NCBI RefSeq assembly: GCF_008831285.2
Contig: NC_045138.2
Span: forward strand, 7,750,001 to 7,814,000
DNA length: 64,000 bases
Source of the DNA: Nymphaea colorata
Lineage: Eukaryota
Direction: 5' to 3'
Both the position numbers and the translations under genes were made by a program. This document shows, in pieces, positions 63,801 through 64,000 of the stretch. The notes under the pieces were generated by a model that was given only the letters and a program-made list of their open reading frames with translations, was not told the origin of the DNA and made no database searches. The first letter of the stretch is position 1. Every line of letters starts with the position of its first letter.

Positions 63801-64000
63801 TCTTTTTAGCTTGGAAGGTCACCTACTAAGCTTACATAGATTGACCACATGGGTATAAGATTGGTGAACAGATTTTGTATTCGTGAGCATGAAGAAGTGC
63901 CAATTTCGCACCGTTTTGTACAATGTAAAGCTGCGAAAAGGCTATGGTGTTTTTGGGGAAGCAAATTCAATGTTAGTCAGATGGCATCTGATTTAAAAGA
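60825..64000 (+). pseudogene. Decayed L1-type LINE ORF2 (AP endonuclease + RT + zf-RVT), running off the window end
   Basis: LIGDFNT, YTWSN, SDHRALLL, FRFLSCW, GKAPSPDGFGAYFYK, KDYRPI, KLDITKAYDKVEWSFL, FVDDVII, EEGGL and WKIGND; many frameshifts. Confidence 0.9.
61029..61361 (+). mobile_element. hAT MITE family A copy inserted in the LINE endonuclease
   Basis: 8-bp TSD GTTAATAC (61021..61028, 61362..61369); ends TATAG...CTATG. Removing it restores AIVNTMWW of the endonuclease domain. Confidence 0.88.

Overview
AT-rich flowering-plant (angiosperm) nuclear DNA, repeat-dense and gene-poor. I can support only one intact host gene: a 3-exon subgroup-4 R2R3-MYB repressor (MYB4/MYB308-like, 264 aa) on the minus strand, join(11261..11393, 10975..11104, 10025..10556). 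It has a TATA box and clustered AC/MYB-binding elements upstream. The rest is transposon-derived. LTR elements: a full-length but decayed Ale-type Copia (32247..37288, TSD CAACA); a Tork/Tnt1-type Copia (52334..57986) nested in a LINE, carrying a hAT MITE, with a 5' LTR truncated by a microhomology deletion; and a 4.17-kb Ogre/Tat-type LTR that keeps its PBS and sits in a decayed Gypsy integrase. Other TEs: three decayed L1-type LINEs, dead hAT and CACTA transposases, a ~3-kb non-autonomous PIF/Harbinger-like element with gene-like internal structure, and several hAT MITE families. There are also foldbacks, local duplications and microsatellites. I see no convincing novel protein-coding system. 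The most interesting signals are TE-structural and regulatory. Coordinates were read by eye: LTR, TSD and exon boundaries are exact to my reading, while ends of degenerate elements are approximate.
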